DNA of 40,285 bases. It comes from an uncultured Nitrospiraceae bacterium (GTDB taxonomy: Bacteria; Nitrospirota; Thermodesulfovibrionia; Thermodesulfovibrionales; SM23-35). Shown here in pieces: positions 9,623 through 17,819 of the stretch. A program made the translations under genes and the position numbers. Location: positions 1 to 40,285 of the forward strand of contig CAZXCW010000004.1 in the NCBI GenBank assembly GCA_964639385.1. Reading direction: 5' to 3'. The notes beneath the pieces are model-generated. The model did no database searches. It was not told the origin of the DNA and was given only the letters and a program-made list of their open reading frames with translations. The number at the start of each line of letters is the position of its first letter. The stretch's first letter is position 1.

Positions 9623-10375
9623 GTGGAAGGTATATATATATATTGCATAATAAAGTCAAGCCAATCTCAATCATTTGGTCCATTGGGAATTGGTGGCAGG
9701 GGAGATGAACTGTATACAATTTGCCTTGACAATACAGCCGCTATAGTTAGCAATTCTCCGATAATAAAATATTCTGTATCGAGGGAAAATATGGTTGCCC
9801 ATGAAAAGGCTATTGAGCAGGTAATGAAGGAGCATACAGTGCTACCGGTCAGATTCTGCACAATCGCCGAAGATGAAGAAAAGGTTAAGAAGATATTAGA
9901 AAGAGAGCACGATAGATTTATAGATTTATTAAAAAATATTGAAGGAAAAAAGGAACTCGGGCTAAAAGCAGTATTTAAAGAGGACATTATTTATAAGGAT
10001 ATTTTAGAAAAATATGAAGATATAAGGTTGTTAAAAGAAAAAGTGGCAGCACTACTTCCTGAGAAAACATATTATCAGCGTATGGAAATAGGAAGGATGG
10101 TTGAGGCTGCTTTACAAAAAGAGAAAAAGATTCATAAAGAGGATATTTTAAATGCCCTGTCATCCCTGTCAGTAGAAGTAAAGATCAACAATACCTATGG
10201 CGAGCGGATGATTATTAACGCTGCCTTTTTGGTGGAGAAACACAAAGAGGCAGAATTTGACCGAAGGGTAAATGAACTTGGCGTAAGATATAGCGATAAA
10301 ATAAAATTCAAATATGTGGGGACACTGCCGCCGTTTAATTTTATTAATCTAACAATAAATGTAGGAGAATATTAA
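9623..10375 (+). CDS. gvpF: Gas vesicle protein GvpF/GvpL family
   Basis: IYIYCIIK..FGPLGIGGRGDELY..VSRENMVAHEKAIEQVMKEHTVLPVRFCTIA...FKYVGTLPPFNF. The start codon is GTG. Confidence 0.85.
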   Translation: MEGIYIYCIIKSSQSQSFGPLGIGGRGDELYTICLDNTAAIVSNSPIIKYSVSRENMVAHEKAIEQVMKEHTVLPVRFCTIAEDEEKVKKILEREHDRFIDLLKNIEGKKELGLKAVFKEDIIYKDILEKYEDIRLLKEKVAALLPEKTYYQRMEIGRMVEAALQKEKKIHKEDILNALSSLSVEVKINNTYGERMIINAAFLVEKHKEAEFDRRVNELGVRYSDKIKFKYVGTLPPFNFINLTINVGEY

Positions 10376-10377
10376 AA

Positions 10378-10614
10378 ATGTTTTTAATAGACGACCTGTT
10401 GTTACTGCCGGTTAAGGGCTTGGTGGGTGTATTTAAAAAGATACATGAGATGGCAGAGAAGGAATTGACCGACGAAGATTATATCCGAGAAAGACTTATG
10501 GAAATAGAGTTAAAATTTGTATTGGATGAGATCAGCGAGGAAGAATATACAAGGCAAGAAAACGAACTATTGGCACGTTTCGATGTTATTAGCAAAGCAA
10601 AGGAGGGTATGTAA
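10378..10614 (+). CDS. gvpG: Gas vesicle protein GvpG
   Basis: The signature reads MFLIDDLLLLPVKGLVGVFKKIHEMAEKEL...EISEEEYTRQENELLARF. Size (78 aa) fits. Confidence 0.85.
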   Translation: MFLIDDLLLLPVKGLVGVFKKIHEMAEKELTDEDYIRERLMEIELKFVLDEISEEEYTRQENELLARFDVISKAKEGM

Positions 10615-10616
10615 AG

Positions 10617-10880
10617 ATGGCAAAAGATGTAGGAATATTGATCGAGCTAGCACGGGAAAAATTAAGTAAGTTAACCGGACTTAAAGCCTCTTCTACAGTA
10701 CAGGCTGCAAAGGATGAAAAGGGATGGCATATATCTATTGAAATGTTGGAAAAACAATCCATTCCGGATCAAATGGATATCCTGGCAATATACGAGACCC
10801 TTTTAGACGAAGAAGGGAATTTTTTAAGTTTTGAGCGAAAATCAATGCGCAAGCGTATGGAGACAGAGGTGAAAGCCTAA
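10617..10880 (+). CDS. gvpO: Gas vesicle protein GvpO
   Basis: AREKLSKLTGLKASS...DEKGWHISIEMLEKQSIPDQMDILAIYETLLDEEGNFLSFERKSMRKR matches the GvpO family pattern (LTG..., GW.v.vE..E...iPd..d.La.YEv.lD..G.l..y.R..R). Confidence 0.8.
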   Translation: MAKDVGILIELAREKLSKLTGLKASSTVQAAKDEKGWHISIEMLEKQSIPDQMDILAIYETLLDEEGNFLSFERKSMRKRMETEVKA

Positions 10881-10885
10881 ATCAA

Positions 10886-11695
10886 ATGGAGGGATTATAT
10901 CTTTATTGTATAAAAGAGAAAACTGATGGCGTTCCAGCGTTTTCTACCAAGGGTATTGATGGAAGGGGAGAAGTCTTCACCTTTCCTTACCGTGAATTAG
11001 AGGCAGTTGTATGTAAGGTTTCTTTAGAAGAATTCGATTCTGAAGTAATCCAAACTAAGGCCCGGGAAGACCTGGACTGGATTAAAGAAAAGGCTGTTGC
11101 TCATGAAAAAGTTATAGAAGAAGCGATGAGAAAGAATGAGAAGATTTTAGGTGTGATACCAATGAGATTCGGCACTGTTTTTAAAGAGAAGGTGAGTTTA
11201 GAAGATAGCTTAAGCAAAAACTACTCTAAGATCAAAGAGGTTTTACATAGAATTCATGGAAGACAGGAGTGGAGCATAAAGGTATATCTAAAGGACAGAG
11301 AAAAATTTGTGCAGGCAATGAAGGGGAAAAATGAAGCAATAAAAGAAAAGGAGAGAGAAATAGCCTCTTTACCTGAGGGTATGGCCTTTTTTATGGAAGA
11401 AGAACTGAAAGAGGCTATTTCCAGAGAAGTGAACAAAGAATTAAACAATGTTGTAGAGGGTTTATTTGAAAGATTAGGCAAGCAAGCTACGGCTTCAGTT
11501 AAAAGTAAGATTTTGGAAAAGGAACTAACAGGCAGAAGCGAGCCCATGGTTTTAAATTCAGCATATTTAATCCCTGAGAAGAAAAATGAGAATTTTAAAA
11601 AAGAAGCAGAGGGCCTAAATCAAGAAATACAGGCAAAAGGATTTTACCTCGAATATAGTGGCCCCTGGCCTGCCTATAATTTTACTTCCTATTAA
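10886..11695 (+). CDS. gvpL: Gas vesicle protein GvpL/GvpF family
   Basis: LYLYCIKE...IDGRGEVFTF..LEAVVCKV...AHEKVIEEAM...IPMRFGTVF...LNSAYLIPEKKNENF...LEYSGPWPAYNF. Confidence 0.8.
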   Translation: MEGLYLYCIKEKTDGVPAFSTKGIDGRGEVFTFPYRELEAVVCKVSLEEFDSEVIQTKAREDLDWIKEKAVAHEKVIEEAMRKNEKILGVIPMRFGTVFKEKVSLEDSLSKNYSKIKEVLHRIHGRQEWSIKVYLKDREKFVQAMKGKNEAIKEKEREIASLPEGMAFFMEEELKEAISREVNKELNNVVEGLFERLGKQATASVKSKILEKELTGRSEPMVLNSAYLIPEKKNENFKKEAEGLNQEIQAKGFYLEYSGPWPAYNFTSY

Positions 11696-11700
11696 AGACC

Positions 11701-12234
11701 ATGATTAATAAAAGCGACAATGCAACATTGGTAGACGCCTTGGATAAGGTTTTAGAAAAGGGGGCAGTCGTTAACGGAGATATAATAATAAGGTTAGCGG
11801 ATGTAGACCTTGTCTATTTAGGTTTAAGACTCATTCTTACATCAGTTTCCAAGGCAGAGGAAGTATCGGGTAAAAGTTTTAGTAATCCCAACAAAGGACC
11901 CACCCATGAAGATATAGAGTATATAGAAAGATTGCAAAGAGAAATAAAAAAGGCAGAAGAAAATATCCCCAAACTCATTAACGCCAATAGCCCCAGGGAG
12001 ACAGAACAGGGTTTGGCTAAATTAGTTTTAATCCTGGTTGAATTAATAAGAAAACTTACGGAAAAAGAAGCCTTCAGAAGGGTAAAGAAAGGAACGCTTT
12101 CTCCTGCAGAAATTCAAAAATTAGGATTGACTCTTAAGGCAGTAAAGAAAAAGATAAAAGAGATTCAGATAATCTTTGGCATCGAAGATGAAGAGTTAAG
12201 TTTAGATTTAGGTCCTCTGGGGAATTTGATGTGA
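11701..12234 (+). CDS. Fused GvpJ (GvpA/J/M-fold) - GvpK protein
   Basis: The N-terminus reads ATLVDALDKVLEKGAVVNGDIIIRLADVDLVYLGLRLILTSV (GvpA/J family core). The C-terminus reads GLAKLVLILVELIRKLTEKEAFRRVKKGTLSPAEIQKLGLTLKAV...FGIEDEELSLDLGPLGNLM (GvpK signature, including the terminal LDLGPLG). It is a single uninterrupted 177-codon ORF. Confidence 0.8.
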   Translation: MINKSDNATLVDALDKVLEKGAVVNGDIIIRLADVDLVYLGLRLILTSVSKAEEVSGKSFSNPNKGPTHEDIEYIERLQREIKKAEENIPKLINANSPRETEQGLAKLVLILVELIRKLTEKEAFRRVKKGTLSPAEIQKLGLTLKAVKKKIKEIQIIFGIEDEELSLDLGPLGNLM

Positions 12235-12506
12235 GGGGAAATATGCATAAAGAAAAGCCCAAAATAAGTTGTCCAATATTCCAAAAGCAGGAGCCGGTAA
12301 TAAAGGATATTATGGATAAAATTAATCAGGCTAAAGGAGTGCAAGGGAAGGCAAGATTTGCTGAGGAGTTACAAAAAGAAGTAAATGTGCTTCTCTTCTG
12401 CCCGGATTATGATGATAAAAGATTAGATTGTAAGAGTTGCCATTTCATTGCGAATTTGCGAAAGAAAACCGCGAATTTAATTATAAGGGCTGAAAAATTA
12501 GCGTAA
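12231..12506 (+). CDS. Small four-Cys protein of unknown function within the gvp operon
   Basis: It overlaps the gvpJ-K stop; ATG 12243 is an alternative start. Cysteines occur in CPIF...CPDYDDKRLDCKSCH, so a zinc site is possible. I recognise no family. Confidence 0.35.
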   Translation: MRGNMHKEKPKISCPIFQKQEPVIKDIMDKINQAKGVQGKARFAEELQKEVNVLLFCPDYDDKRLDCKSCHFIANLRKKTANLIIRAEKLA

Positions 12507-12513
12507 AAGGAAG

Positions 12514-12819
12514 GTGAATATCATGGCTGAAAGGATGGCACATGCGATTGAGGCTACCAATTTAGCAGATATCTTGGAGAGGGTTTTAGATAAGGGGATT
12601 GTAATTGCGGGAGATATCCAGATCAGGATTGCCGATATTGAACTCCTAACGATAAAGATAAGGCTATTGATTGCCTCTGTAGATAAAGCGATGGAAATGG
12701 GAATAAATTGGTGGCAGCAGGATTCTTATTTATCTATGAAAGCAAGAGAAGCCGAGATAGAAAAAGAGAATAAGGCGATAAAAGAAAGATTAGAACGCTT
12801 AGAGACAAAGATTACATAA
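12514..12819 (+). CDS. GvpA/J/M-family gas vesicle protein (GvpJ/M/S type) with a C-terminal coiled-coil tail
   Basis: The core reads LADILERVLDKGIVIAGDIQIRIADIELLTIKIRLLIASVDKAMEMGINWW. The AGD...I motif is J/M/S-like rather than the DAWVRVS of GvpA. The tail is KAREAEIEKENKAIKERLERLE. The likely start is ATG 12523, after an AAGGAAGGTG SD. Confidence 0.8.
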   Translation: MNIMAERMAHAIEATNLADILERVLDKGIVIAGDIQIRIADIELLTIKIRLLIASVDKAMEMGINWWQQDSYLSMKAREAEIEKENKAIKERLERLETKIT

Positions 12820-12880
12820 ATGTTTGAATAGAGAGAAAAATAGATACAAAAGACGGGGTGGTATCCAAAAAAGAATCCAT

Positions 12881-13576
12881 ATGAGAACATTGATTTATGT
12901 TCCCATTATACACACGAGTGCTGACCTTGGCTCTTTGGCAGAAGATATAATTAAAAGAGGCATAGCAGATTTAGGCGAGGAATTCTGGAAAAGACACGAA
13001 AAGACCATTGAAGGTTTCTGGGACGCGATTATAAAATATTTTGATTTGCTTGAGGTATCCGGCTTTAAGATATATCAGGATGGAATGGTGGCAGATGGTG
13101 AAGTTGGACAGAAAATAGTTGAAGAAGGGCTAAAATCAGGTAGTAAAAATCATGAACTAATCTCAAGGCTCCTTCAGAAAGGAGCCATTTTAGTTAAGAC
13201 AGAAGATTTTGAACTTGTTAAGGAAGAAAGAGATAGGTTACTTGCCATAACAAAGGCAAAATCGACCCAGAAATTAATTGCATTTGTAAAATATAAGTTA
13301 GTTAAAAATAGACTCTTAAACAAAAGAGATGAATTTATTGCCAAAAGAATAAATGAAACCCTGAATCAGGGCGAGAAAGGGATCGTTTTTATCGGCGCAT
13401 ATCATGATATTAAGAAGTGGCTTCCTGAAGACATTCAAATTAAAGAGATAAAAGATGCGGATAAAGTAAAAGAATATCAGAGGTTATTGCCTTTTTATAA
13501 TAAGAATAGAGAACGACTTGAAGAATTATCTGAATATCTTATATCCGTAGTTGCCATTGGCACGTTTTTCGATTAA
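12881..13576 (+). CDS. Uncharacterised protein, last gene of the gvp block
   Basis: The ORF track starts at TTG 12824; M20 (MRTLIYVPIIHTSADLGSL) looks more natural. The N-terminal YVPIIHT and C-terminal GIVFIGAYHDIKKWL blocks faintly recall the TraB/GumN-type GTxH...VxGxxH layout. That resemblance is weak and unverified. Confidence 0.4.
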   Translation: MRTLIYVPIIHTSADLGSLAEDIIKRGIADLGEEFWKRHEKTIEGFWDAIIKYFDLLEVSGFKIYQDGMVADGEVGQKIVEEGLKSGSKNHELISRLLQKGAILVKTEDFELVKEERDRLLAITKAKSTQKLIAFVKYKLVKNRLLNKRDEFIAKRINETLNQGEKGIVFIGAYHDIKKWLPEDIQIKEIKDADKVKEYQRLLPFYNKNRERLEELSEYLISVVAIGTFFD

Positions 13577-13744
13577 AAAGTAGTTAGACAAATATGAGAA
13601 ATGCATAAAGAGGTCAAAAAATGAAAAAGGAAGCTTAACAAATGTTGAACATCATAATGGTTGGGGCGGGGGGTCTTTAAATGAAGGAGCAACATTTTAT
13701 TTCTCGCTCCCGAAAAAGGTTCAAGTGAGCGCCCATTCACAAAC

Positions 13745-15061
13745 TCATGCTCTATAAACCTTTTTACTATCAATCCCTCTTCTTCTGAAGGCATTCCTTG
13801 TATCTATGATGCATAGTGCATATCTCTCTATAAAGGCACAGTCATAAGCTGTGTGATCAGTTACCAAAAGCACCAAGTCCGCCCCTTTTAGGGTTTCCTT
13901 TGTGAGTTTAACTGATTTCATGTCAATATCAGGATAGTGACGATGCCCACTGCAGACAGGAACATGCGGGTCATTATAAGTTACTTCTACTCCATGCTCC
14001 TTCAAAAGCTGAATAATGCTCAAAGATGGCGATTCCCTCTGATCATCTACATCTCTTTTGTATGCTACTCCAAGCACAAGGATCTTTGAACCGTTAAGCG
14101 ATTTTTTGAACTTATTCAAAACCCATCCTATTCGCTGTACAACATGGTAAGGCATGTTTGTGTTAATCTCTCCTGCGAGCTCTATAAATCGTGTAGAAAA
14201 ATCAAGCTCCCTCGCCTTCCACGTGAGATAAAACGGATCAATAGGAATACAATGTCCGCCTAACCCTGGACCTGGGTAGAATGCCTGGAATCCAAAAGGT
14301 TTTGTCTTTGCTGCATCAATGACCTCCCATATATCTATCTCCATCCTCTCAAAAAGCATCTTGAGTTCATTCACAAGCGCAATATTTACTGCCCTGTAAA
14401 TATTCTCAAGGAGCTTCGTAGCCTCCGCAACTCTCGTGGATGAAACAGGCACTGTCTTAACAACTATTGAGTCATAAAGGGCCTTTGCAATTACAAGACA
14501 CCTCTCTGTATAGCCTCCGACTACCTTTGGTATAGTCCCTGTCGAAAAATCCTTGTTCGCAGGATCTTCCCTCTCAGGCGAGAAGGCGAGATAGAAATCC
14601 TTCCCTGCTTTTAATCCCGTACCCTCAAGTATTTTCTTCATATCATCATCAGTAGTGCCAGGATACGTAGTAGATTCGAGGACTATGAGCTGACCTCTGC
14701 GAAGATACCTGGCTATGGTCTCAGTTGTATTAAATACATATGTCATGTCAGGCTCACGATTTTTGTTTAGAGGTGTGGGAACACAGATAATTATGCAATC
14801 CATTTTGGAAAGAATCGAAAAATCAGAGGTCGGCAAAAATAATTTACACTCTCTGATAAGTGTTGCGTCAATGTGCTTGATATAACTTCTGCCCTGTTTG
14901 AGTAACTCTACTTTTTTATTATCAACATCAAACCCTGTTACATGAAAGCCGGCCTTAGAGAATGCAATAACAAGCGGTAACCCCACATATCCAAGGCCAA
15001 TGATACCAATCTTAGCTTTTTTGAGATTAATCTTTGATATCAGGGATTTGTGATTGGTCAT
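13745..15061 (-). CDS. wbpA: UDP-N-acetyl-D-glucosamine 6-dehydrogenase-like nucleotide-sugar dehydrogenase (WbpA/WbpO class)
   Basis: KIGIIGLGYVGLPLVIAF (NAD fold), CVPTPLNKNREPDMTYV, LESTTYPGTTDD, FSPEREDPAN, GPGLGGHCIPIDPFYLTWKA (catalytic Cys). Confidence 0.85.
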   Translation of the reverse strand: MTNHKSLISKINLKKAKIGIIGLGYVGLPLVIAFSKAGFHVTGFDVDNKKVELLKQGRSYIKHIDATLIRECKLFLPTSDFSILSKMDCIIICVPTPLNKNREPDMTYVFNTTETIARYLRRGQLIVLESTTYPGTTDDDMKKILEGTGLKAGKDFYLAFSPEREDPANKDFSTGTIPKVVGGYTERCLVIAKALYDSIVVKTVPVSSTRVAEATKLLENIYRAVNIALVNELKMLFERMEIDIWEVIDAAKTKPFGFQAFYPGPGLGGHCIPIDPFYLTWKARELDFSTRFIELAGEINTNMPYHVVQRIGWVLNKFKKSLNGSKILVLGVAYKRDVDDQRESPSLSIIQLLKEHGVEVTYNDPHVPVCSGHRHYPDIDMKSVKLTKETLKGADLVLLVTDHTAYDCAFIERYALCIIDTRNAFRRRGIDSKKVYRA

Positions 15062-16479
15062 TCTTCTATCCTTCCGTAACGATCCTCGAGCCTCACAATA
15101 TCATCCTCCCCCACATATTCTCCATTCTGTACTTCGATAATCTCAAGGGGCACCTTGCCAGGATTTTCAAGCCTGTGAAGGGTTGACTTTGGCACATAAG
15201 CTGACTCATTCTCGTGTGTAAAAATTTCTTTATCCCCAATCGTCACCTTTGCGGTACCTTTCACAACTACCCAGTGTTCAGATCTATGATAATGCTTCTG
15301 AAGGCTTAACCTTTCTCCAGGATTAACTACCACCCTTTTTATCTTATACCGTTCCCCTTCTTCCAAAACAGTATAACTACCCCATGGTCTATAGATAGTT
15401 ACATGTTCTAATACCTCTCTACGCTTCTCCAACATTAGCCTCTCCACAATCTCTTTCACCTTTTGTGTATGTCCCCTTTTAGCTATCAGCATAGCATCAT
15501 CTGTTTCAACTATTAAGCAGTCCTGCAGGCCTATAGTAGCTATCAATCTTTTATCTCCTATTACCATGGTCTCATTTGTATCCATTGTGACAACATTACC
15601 TGTCTTTACATTATCATTTTCATCTTTATCCAAAATTTCGAATAATGCATCCCATGAACCGACGTCATTCCAGTAAATATCCACAGGCAATGTCACTACC
15701 CTGTCAGACCTTTCTAATACGGCATAGTCAATAGAAATATTAGGCATTTTTGTAAATTCTGCCCTAAATTCATCAAAACCCGTATCAAAGACCCTGCCTA
15801 TTTCAGGGGCATGCTTTTTAAATTCCTCTATTATCAAACCCATTTTAAAGGCAAAAATCCCTGAGTTCCAGTAGTAAATTCCTTCCTTCAAATATTTCTC
15901 TGCAGCTACCTCATCAGGTTTCTCTACGAACTTCTCGACCTTATAGCTTTCTGTTCTACTATCAGCCATTTTTAGCCCCTCACCCCTTTTCATATATCCA
16001 TAGCCTGTCTCAGGACGTGTTGGCTTAATTCCGAATGTCACTATATAACCTTCTTTGGCTACCTCCTCAGCTTGTTTTACATATTCCCAGAATTTCTCCG
16101 CGGGTCTGATTATATGATCGCAGGGTGAAATAAATAGAACCTCCTCTTCCAGACATCCGAGTTTTTCAAGGCAATATTTAACGCCGAGTGCAATTGCGGG
16201 TGCTGTATTCCTAGACTCAGGCTCAAGAATCATGTGACTAGTAGGGGATAAACCGAAGTCGTCTGTTAAAGAACTCAGTTCAGATTTAACATGAAATTTG
16301 TAATCATTATTGGTCATTATAATTATATCATCAGGTAATACAGCTCCCTTTAATCTTTCCACACTCTGCTGCAAAAGGGATCTGCCTCCACCCAGTTTCA
16401 AGAATTGCTTTGGGTAATTCTTTCTGGACAAAGGCCATAGCCGCGTCCCAGAACCACCTGCAAGGATTATTACCTTCAT
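15058..16479 (-). CDS. manC: Bifunctional mannose-1-phosphate guanylyltransferase / mannose-6-phosphate isomerase (type II PMI)
   Basis: MKVIILAGGSGTRLWPLSRKNYPKQF at the N-terminus. The C-terminal cupin reads RPWGSYTVLEEGERYKIKRVVVNPGERLSLQKHYHRSEHWVVVKGTA. The 4-nt overlap with the downstream dehydrogenase indicates an operon. Confidence 0.9.
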   Translation of the reverse strand: MKVIILAGGSGTRLWPLSRKNYPKQFLKLGGGRSLLQQSVERLKGAVLPDDIIIMTNNDYKFHVKSELSSLTDDFGLSPTSHMILEPESRNTAPAIALGVKYCLEKLGCLEEEVLFISPCDHIIRPAEKFWEYVKQAEEVAKEGYIVTFGIKPTRPETGYGYMKRGEGLKMADSRTESYKVEKFVEKPDEVAAEKYLKEGIYYWNSGIFAFKMGLIIEEFKKHAPEIGRVFDTGFDEFRAEFTKMPNISIDYAVLERSDRVVTLPVDIYWNDVGSWDALFEILDKDENDNVKTGNVVTMDTNETMVIGDKRLIATIGLQDCLIVETDDAMLIAKRGHTQKVKEIVERLMLEKRREVLEHVTIYRPWGSYTVLEEGERYKIKRVVVNPGERLSLQKHYHRSEHWVVVKGTAKVTIGDKEIFTHENESAYVPKSTLHRLENPGKVPLEIIEVQNGEYVGEDDIVRLEDRYGRIEE

Positions 16480-16594
16480 AATATAGCCCCCTTTTTCACT
16501 TGTCCGAATTCCAGCTTGCAGGCTTGGAAGCCTACACGTTTAACTACCTGCACAAACTTTCATTTTCTTAATTATAATGCAATGCTGAAGTATT

Positions 16595-16624
16595 TTGACA
16601 TCTCACCCACCTAATTTCTATTAT
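16595..16624 (+). promoter_or_regulatory. Candidate sigma70-type promoter for the epimerase/T2SS block
   Basis: TTGACA (16595-16600), an 18-nt spacer, then TATTAT (16619-16624). The REP-like element would then lie in the 5' UTR. This is sequence pattern only. Confidence 0.3.
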
Positions 16625-16693
16625 AAAAGTTAGGGGGGAACAGATTAGTAAAAATCTCTAATCTTTTGATAGAAAAAAAGATTCATTACAGAA

Positions 16694-16790
16694 CCTCCCC
16701 TCCCTTTGACGGGAGGGGATGAAGGGGAGGGTGAGCTAAAAAGATATTAATCACCCCCACCCTTTCCCTCCCCCATCAAAGGGGAGGGAA
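16694..16790. repeat. C/G-rich REP-like palindromic element (family copy 2) with G-quadruplex motifs on both strands
   Basis: The element reads cctcccctccctttgacgggaggggatgaaggggagggtgag ... tcacccccaccctttccctcccccatcaaaggggaggga. Two hairpin units are arranged as a larger palindrome. gggaggggatgaaggggaggg (16711-16731) fits G3+N1-7 x4. Confidence 0.6.
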
Positions 16791-16819
16791 ACATAGTGTA
16801 AGAATGTGGAGGTGTGATA

Positions 16820-17791
16820 ATGAAAATACTATTAACTGGGGGAGCCGGCTTTATAGGCTCTCATGTTGTTGATAGCTACATCGCAGAGGGCCATGAAGTT
16901 GTTGTAGTAGACAATCTCTTCACTGGAAAAAGGCAGAACATCAATCCCTTAGCAAGATTTTATTTAATGGATATCAGGTCAGAGCTTATGAATGATATCT
17001 TTGAATTTGAGAGGCCAGAAATTGTTAACCACCATGCAGCCCAGCCCTCTGTACCTGCCTCTATGGAAAACCCCCTTTTCGATGCCAATGTTAACATATT
17101 AGGTCTTCTTAATCTTCTCGAGTGTTCTATGAAATATGACACCAAAAAAATCATTTTCATCTCCTCTGGTGGAGCAATATATGGAGAGACAAAGGCTGTC
17201 CCAACGCCAGAGGAGCATCCGACCCAACCAGCCTCTCCTTATGCCATCAGTAAACTTGTTTCAGAGTACTACCTGAATCATTATAGAAACTGTTATGACC
17301 TTGATTCTACAATCCTTCGATATGCAAACATTTACGGGCCGAGACAGGTACCCCATGGCGAAGCAGGTGTTGTAGCCATCTTCATGGATAAGCTCTTAAA
17401 GGGCGATGTCCCAACTATATTCCATTACAAAGAGAAGCCAGAGGGAATGGTTAGAGATTACTGCTATGTAGAAGATGTGGCCAGGGCAAACCTTCTTGCT
17501 CTCGACAGAGGTTCAGGGGAGACCTACAATATAGGAACGGGTATAGGGACTGCAACAACCGATCTCTATCATAATATTCTCAGCCTGATGAGAGATCACG
17601 GTTATGCACAAAAATCAATATATGATAAGCCTCATAAAGGTTCGGCAAGACCAGGTGATATTCGAAGAAGCTGTCTTGACATCAGAAAGGCAGAAAAACA
17701 ATTTGGCTGGAGTCCAGAATATGACCTAAAGGCTGGTCTGACAAAGACCATGAATTGGCTATTGGGAGAACAGACTAAAGAAAAAAAATGA
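16820..17791 (+). CDS. NAD-dependent epimerase/dehydratase (extended SDR; UDP-glucose 4-epimerase-like)
   Basis: MKILLTGGAGFIGSHVV (Rossmann fold) and YAISK (catalytic YxxxK). A GGAGGTG SD lies 5 nt before ATG 16820. The ORF track starts at GTG 16814. Confidence 0.85.
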   Translation: MKILLTGGAGFIGSHVVDSYIAEGHEVVVVDNLFTGKRQNINPLARFYLMDIRSELMNDIFEFERPEIVNHHAAQPSVPASMENPLFDANVNILGLLNLLECSMKYDTKKIIFISSGGAIYGETKAVPTPEEHPTQPASPYAISKLVSEYYLNHYRNCYDLDSTILRYANIYGPRQVPHGEAGVVAIFMDKLLKGDVPTIFHYKEKPEGMVRDYCYVEDVARANLLALDRGSGETYNIGTGIGTATTDLYHNILSLMRDHGYAQKSIYDKPHKGSARPGDIRRSCLDIRKAEKQFGWSPEYDLKAGLTKTMNWLLGEQTKEKK

Positions 17792-17819
17792 TTGTGTTAT
17801 AATTTTTTTAGGAGTCGCT

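Noticed and set aside
9633-9646. A (TA)n run (tatatatatatat) near the start of the third gvpF/L gene.
   Set aside because: It simply encodes the conserved IYIYC N-terminal motif shared by all GvpF/L paralogues here. It is short and gives no sign of being a regulatory repeat.
13558-13572. A TGGCACG motif resembling a sigma54 -24 element.
   Set aside because: The expected -12 TTGC is replaced by TCGA at the correct spacing. The motif lies in the last codons of a gene and faces a convergent gene end, so there is nothing for it to drive.
13573-13794. A 73-aa minus-strand ORF in the convergent gap after the gvp block.
   Set aside because: It overlaps the 3' end of the dehydrogenase gene and the intergenic spacer. 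It has no SD and no recognisable features.
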